This document shows, in pieces, positions 13,263 through 15,728 of a stretch of DNA of 15,728 nt; the stretch's first letter is position 1; every line of letters starts with the position of its first letter. The DNA is from a virus (taxonomy: Duplodnaviria; Heunggongvirae; Uroviricota; Caudoviricetes): the IMG/VR virus record IMGVR_UViG_2740892229_000020. The stretch is one strand, 5' to 3'. Below the pieces are notes generated by a model. That model was not told where the DNA came from. It was given only the letters and a program-made list of their open reading frames with translations, and ran no database searches. The translations under genes were made by a program, and so were the position numbers.

Positions 13263-14310
13263 GCGCCGGGATTTACCCCCTAACCTTTATATAAGAAACA
13301 ATGGATATTACTGCTACAGGGACCCAAGGACGGGTAAAGAGTTTGGATTAGGCAGAGACAGGCGAATCGCAATCACTGAAGCCATACAGGCCAACATTGA
13401 GTTATTTTCAGGACACAAACACAAGCCTCTGACAGCGAGAATCAACAGTGATAATTCCGTTACATTACATTCATGGCTTGATCGCTACGAAAAAATCCTG
13501 GCCAGCAGAGGAATCAAGCAGAAGACACTCATAAATTACATGAGCAAAATTAAAGCAATAAGGAGGGGTCTGCCTGATGCTCCACTTGAAGACATCACCA
13601 CAAAAGAAATTGCGGCAATGCTCAATGGATACATAGACGAGGGCAAGGCGGCGTCAGCCAAGTTAATCAGATCAACACTGAGCGATGCATTCCGAGAGGC
13701 AATAGCTGAAGGCCATATAACAACAAACCCTGTCGCTGCCACTCGCGCAGCAAAATCAGAGGTAAGGAGATCAAGACTTACGGCTGACGAATACCTGAAA
13801 ATTTATCAAGCAGCAGAATCATCACCATGTTGGCTCAGACTTGCAATGGAACTGGCTGTTGTTACCGGGCAACGAGTTGGTGATTTATGCGAAATGAAGT
13901 GGTCTGATATCGTAGATGGATATCTTTATGTCGAGCAAAGCAAAACAGGCGTAAAAATTGCCATCCCAACAGCATTGCATGTTGATGCTCTCGGAATATC
14001 AATGAAGGAAACACTTGATAAATGCAAAGAGATTCTTGGCGGAGAAACCATAATTGCATCTACTCGTCGTGAACCGCTTTCATCCGGCACAGTATCAAGG
14101 TATTTTATGCGCGCACGAAAAGCATCAGGTCTTTCCTTCGAAGGGGATCCGCCTACCTTTCACGAGTTGCGCAGTTTGTCTGCAAGACTCTATGAGAAGC
14201 AGATAAGCGATAAGTTTGCTCAACATCTTCTCGGGCATAAGTCGGACACCATGGCATCACAGTATCGTGATGACAGAGGCAGGGAGTGGGACAAAATTGA
14301 AATCAAATAA
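13240..14310 (+). CDS. int: Tyrosine integrase Int (lambda-type), 356 aa
   Basis: Full-length match to lambda Int (MGRRRSHERRDLPPNLYIRNNGYYCYRDPRTGKEFGLGRDRRIAITEAIQ… catalytic region …HELRSLSARLYEKQISDKFAQHLLGHKSDTMASQYRDDRG). Confidence 0.95.
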   Translation: MGRRRSHERRDLPPNLYIRNNGYYCYRDPRTGKEFGLGRDRRIAITEAIQANIELFSGHKHKPLTARINSDNSVTLHSWLDRYEKILASRGIKQKTLINYMSKIKAIRRGLPDAPLEDITTKEIAAMLNGYIDEGKAASAKLIRSTLSDAFREAIAEGHITTNPVAATRAAKSEVRRSRLTADEYLKIYQAAESSPCWLRLAMELAVVTGQRVGDLCEMKWSDIVDGYLYVEQSKTGVKIAIPTALHVDALGISMKETLDKCKEILGGETIIASTRREPLSSGTVSRYFMRARKASGLSFEGDPPTFHELRSLSARLYEKQISDKFAQHLLGHKSDTMASQYRDDRGREWDKIEIK

Positions 14311-14399
14311 TGATTTTATTTTGACTGATAGTGACCTGTTCGTTGCAACAAATTGATAAGCAATGCTTTTTTATAATGCCAACTTAGTATAAAAAAGCA
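14311..14399. other. attL: P' arm with arm-type sites, and the 15-bp core TTAGTATAAAAAAGC (14385-14399) at the prophage-host junction
   Basis: Reverse complement of 14368-14399 reads GCTTTTTTATACTAAGTTGGCATTATAAAAAAGC, which contains the lambda att core GCTTTTTTATACTAA followed by P'-arm sequence. The sequence beyond 14399 (…AGCAGGCTTCA…) matches the attB B-arm flank upstream of ybhC. Confidence 0.85.
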
Positions 14400-14444
14400 G
14401 GCTTCAACGGATTCATTTTTCTATTTCATAGCCCGGAGCAACCT

Positions 14445-15728
14445 GTGAACACATTTTCAGTTTCCCGTCTGGCGCTGGCATTGGCTTTTGGCGTGACGCT
14501 GACCGCCTGTAGCTCAACCCCGCCCGATCAACGTCCTTCTGATCAAACCGCGCCTGGTACCTCTTCTCGCCCGATTCTGTCGGCAAAAGAAGCGCAGAAT
14601 TTCGATGCTCAACACTATTTTGCATCCCTGACACCAGGTGCTGCAGCGTGGAATCCTTCCCCGATTACCCTGCCTGCGCAACCTGACTTTGTTGTCGGCC
14701 CGGCGGGCACTCAAGGTGTAACGCATACCACGATTCAGGCGGCGGTAGATGCGGCAATTATCAAGCGTACCAACAAGCGCCAGTATATTGCCGTGATGCC
14801 TGGTGAGTATCAGGGAACGGTATATGTCCCTGCCGCTCCGGGTGGAATTACTCTGTACGGTACAGGTGAAAAACCGATTGATGTGAAGATTGGGCTTTCC
14901 CTTGATGGTGGCATGAGCCCTGCCGACTGGCGTCACGACGTCAACCCGCGCGGCAAATATATGCCAGGTAAACCAGCGTGGTATATGTACGATAGCTGCC
15001 AGAGCAAACGCAGCGACAGTATCGGTGTTCTCTGCTCTGCGGTCTTCTGGTCACAAAACAATGGCCTGCAACTGCAAAATCTGACCATCGAAAACACGCT
15101 GGGCGATAGCGTAGATGCAGGTAACCATCCGGCGGTGGCACTGCGTACTGATGGTGACCAGGTACAGATTAACAACGTTAACATTCTCGGTCGTCAGAAC
15201 ACCTTCTTTGTCACCAACAGCGGTGTGCAGAACCGTCTGGAAACGAATCGTCAGCCGCGTACGCTGGTGACCAACAGCTACATTGAAGGGGATGTGGATA
15301 TCGTTTCTGGTCGCGGCGCAGTGGTGTTCGATAACACCGAATTCCGCGTGGTGAACTCACGTACTCAGCAAGAAGCGTATGTGTTTGCACCGGCTACGCT
15401 GTCCAACATTTACTACGGTTTCCTCGCCGTAAACAGCCGTTTCAATGCTTTCGGTGATGGTGTGGCGCAACTGGGCCGCTCGCTGGATGTTGATGCCAAT
15501 ACCAACGGTCAGGTGGTGATCCGTGATAGCGCCATCAACGAAGGTTTTAACACGGCTAAACCGTGGGCCGATGCGGTGATCTCTAATCGTCCGTTTGCGG
15601 GTAATACCGGCAGCGTAGATGATAACGACGAAATACAGCGCAATCTGAATGACACTAACTACAACCGCATGTGGGAATACAATAACCGCGGCGTGGGTAG
15701 TAAAGTGGTTGCAGAGGCGAAGAAGTAA
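14445..15728 (+). CDS. ybhC: YbhC, outer-membrane lipoprotein of the pectinesterase-like / acyl-CoA thioesterase family (host gene flanking the lambda attachment site), 427 aa
   Basis: GTG start; lipoprotein signal with lipobox LTAC; full-length match to E. coli YbhC from memory; stop TAA at 15726-15728 is the last codon in the window. Confidence 0.9.
   Translation: MNTFSVSRLALALAFGVTLTACSSTPPDQRPSDQTAPGTSSRPILSAKEAQNFDAQHYFASLTPGAAAWNPSPITLPAQPDFVVGPAGTQGVTHTTIQAAVDAAIIKRTNKRQYIAVMPGEYQGTVYVPAAPGGITLYGTGEKPIDVKIGLSLDGGMSPADWRHDVNPRGKYMPGKPAWYMYDSCQSKRSDSIGVLCSAVFWSQNNGLQLQNLTIENTLGDSVDAGNHPAVALRTDGDQVQINNVNILGRQNTFFVTNSGVQNRLETNRQPRTLVTNSYIEGDVDIVSGRGAVVFDNTEFRVVNSRTQQEAYVFAPATLSNIYYGFLAVNSRFNAFGDGVAQLGRSLDVDANTNGQVVIRDSAINEGFNTAKPWADAVISNRPFAGNTGSVDDNDEIQRNLNDTNYNRMWEYNNRGVGSKVVAEAKK

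Larger units (their letters stand above)
1..14399. mobile_element. Lambdoid prophage, int-proximal portion (lambda-type int/xis/red genes with a non-lambda immunity region); left end continues beyond the window
   Basis: Contiguous phage gene order O, cII-like, cro-like, CI, pL-like region, cIII, kil, gam, bet, exo, xis, int, ending at an attL core at 14385..14399 next to host ybhC. Confidence 0.85.

Noticed and set aside
14413-15184. Minus-strand ORFs inside ybhC (14413..14634, 14514..14936, 14933..15184, 14941..15141)
   Set aside because: They overlap a complete, well-supported host gene on the opposite strand; the arginine-rich translations are typical of antisense frames.

Overview
This window reads as the int-proximal ~14.4 kb of a lambda-like (lambdoid) prophage sitting at the E. 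coli lambda attachment site, followed by the host gene ybhC (14445..15728). From left to right: a 5'-partial O-like replication gene with ori iterons inside it (minus strand); a cII-position YdaT-like gene and a Cro/YdaS-like gene (minus strand); a divergent LexA-like CI repressor (plus strand); an AT-rich two-gene operon in the slot lambda uses for rexAB; a pL-like region; then near-lambda cIII, kil, gam, bet, exo, a set of small early-left ORFs (orf60a/orf63/orf61-like, a Dam-type methyltransferase, a TraR-like zinc finger, Ea22-like, DUF551-like), an AT-rich reverse-strand membrane-protein gene, orf55-like, xis, int and the attL core. Protein identities are from my recall of lambda and related families, not from a database search. 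The most interesting candidate is the uncharacterised two-gene module at 2513..3915 (a small nucleotidyltransferase-fold protein plus a 310-aa partner), which could be a lysogen-expressed defence or toxin-antitoxin system. The window also contains six runs of exactly 10 N, each flanked by near-identical copies of the same sequence, so the apparent duplications of gam, bet and the exo 3' end are probably assembly or alternative-haplotype artefacts rather than real tandem duplications.
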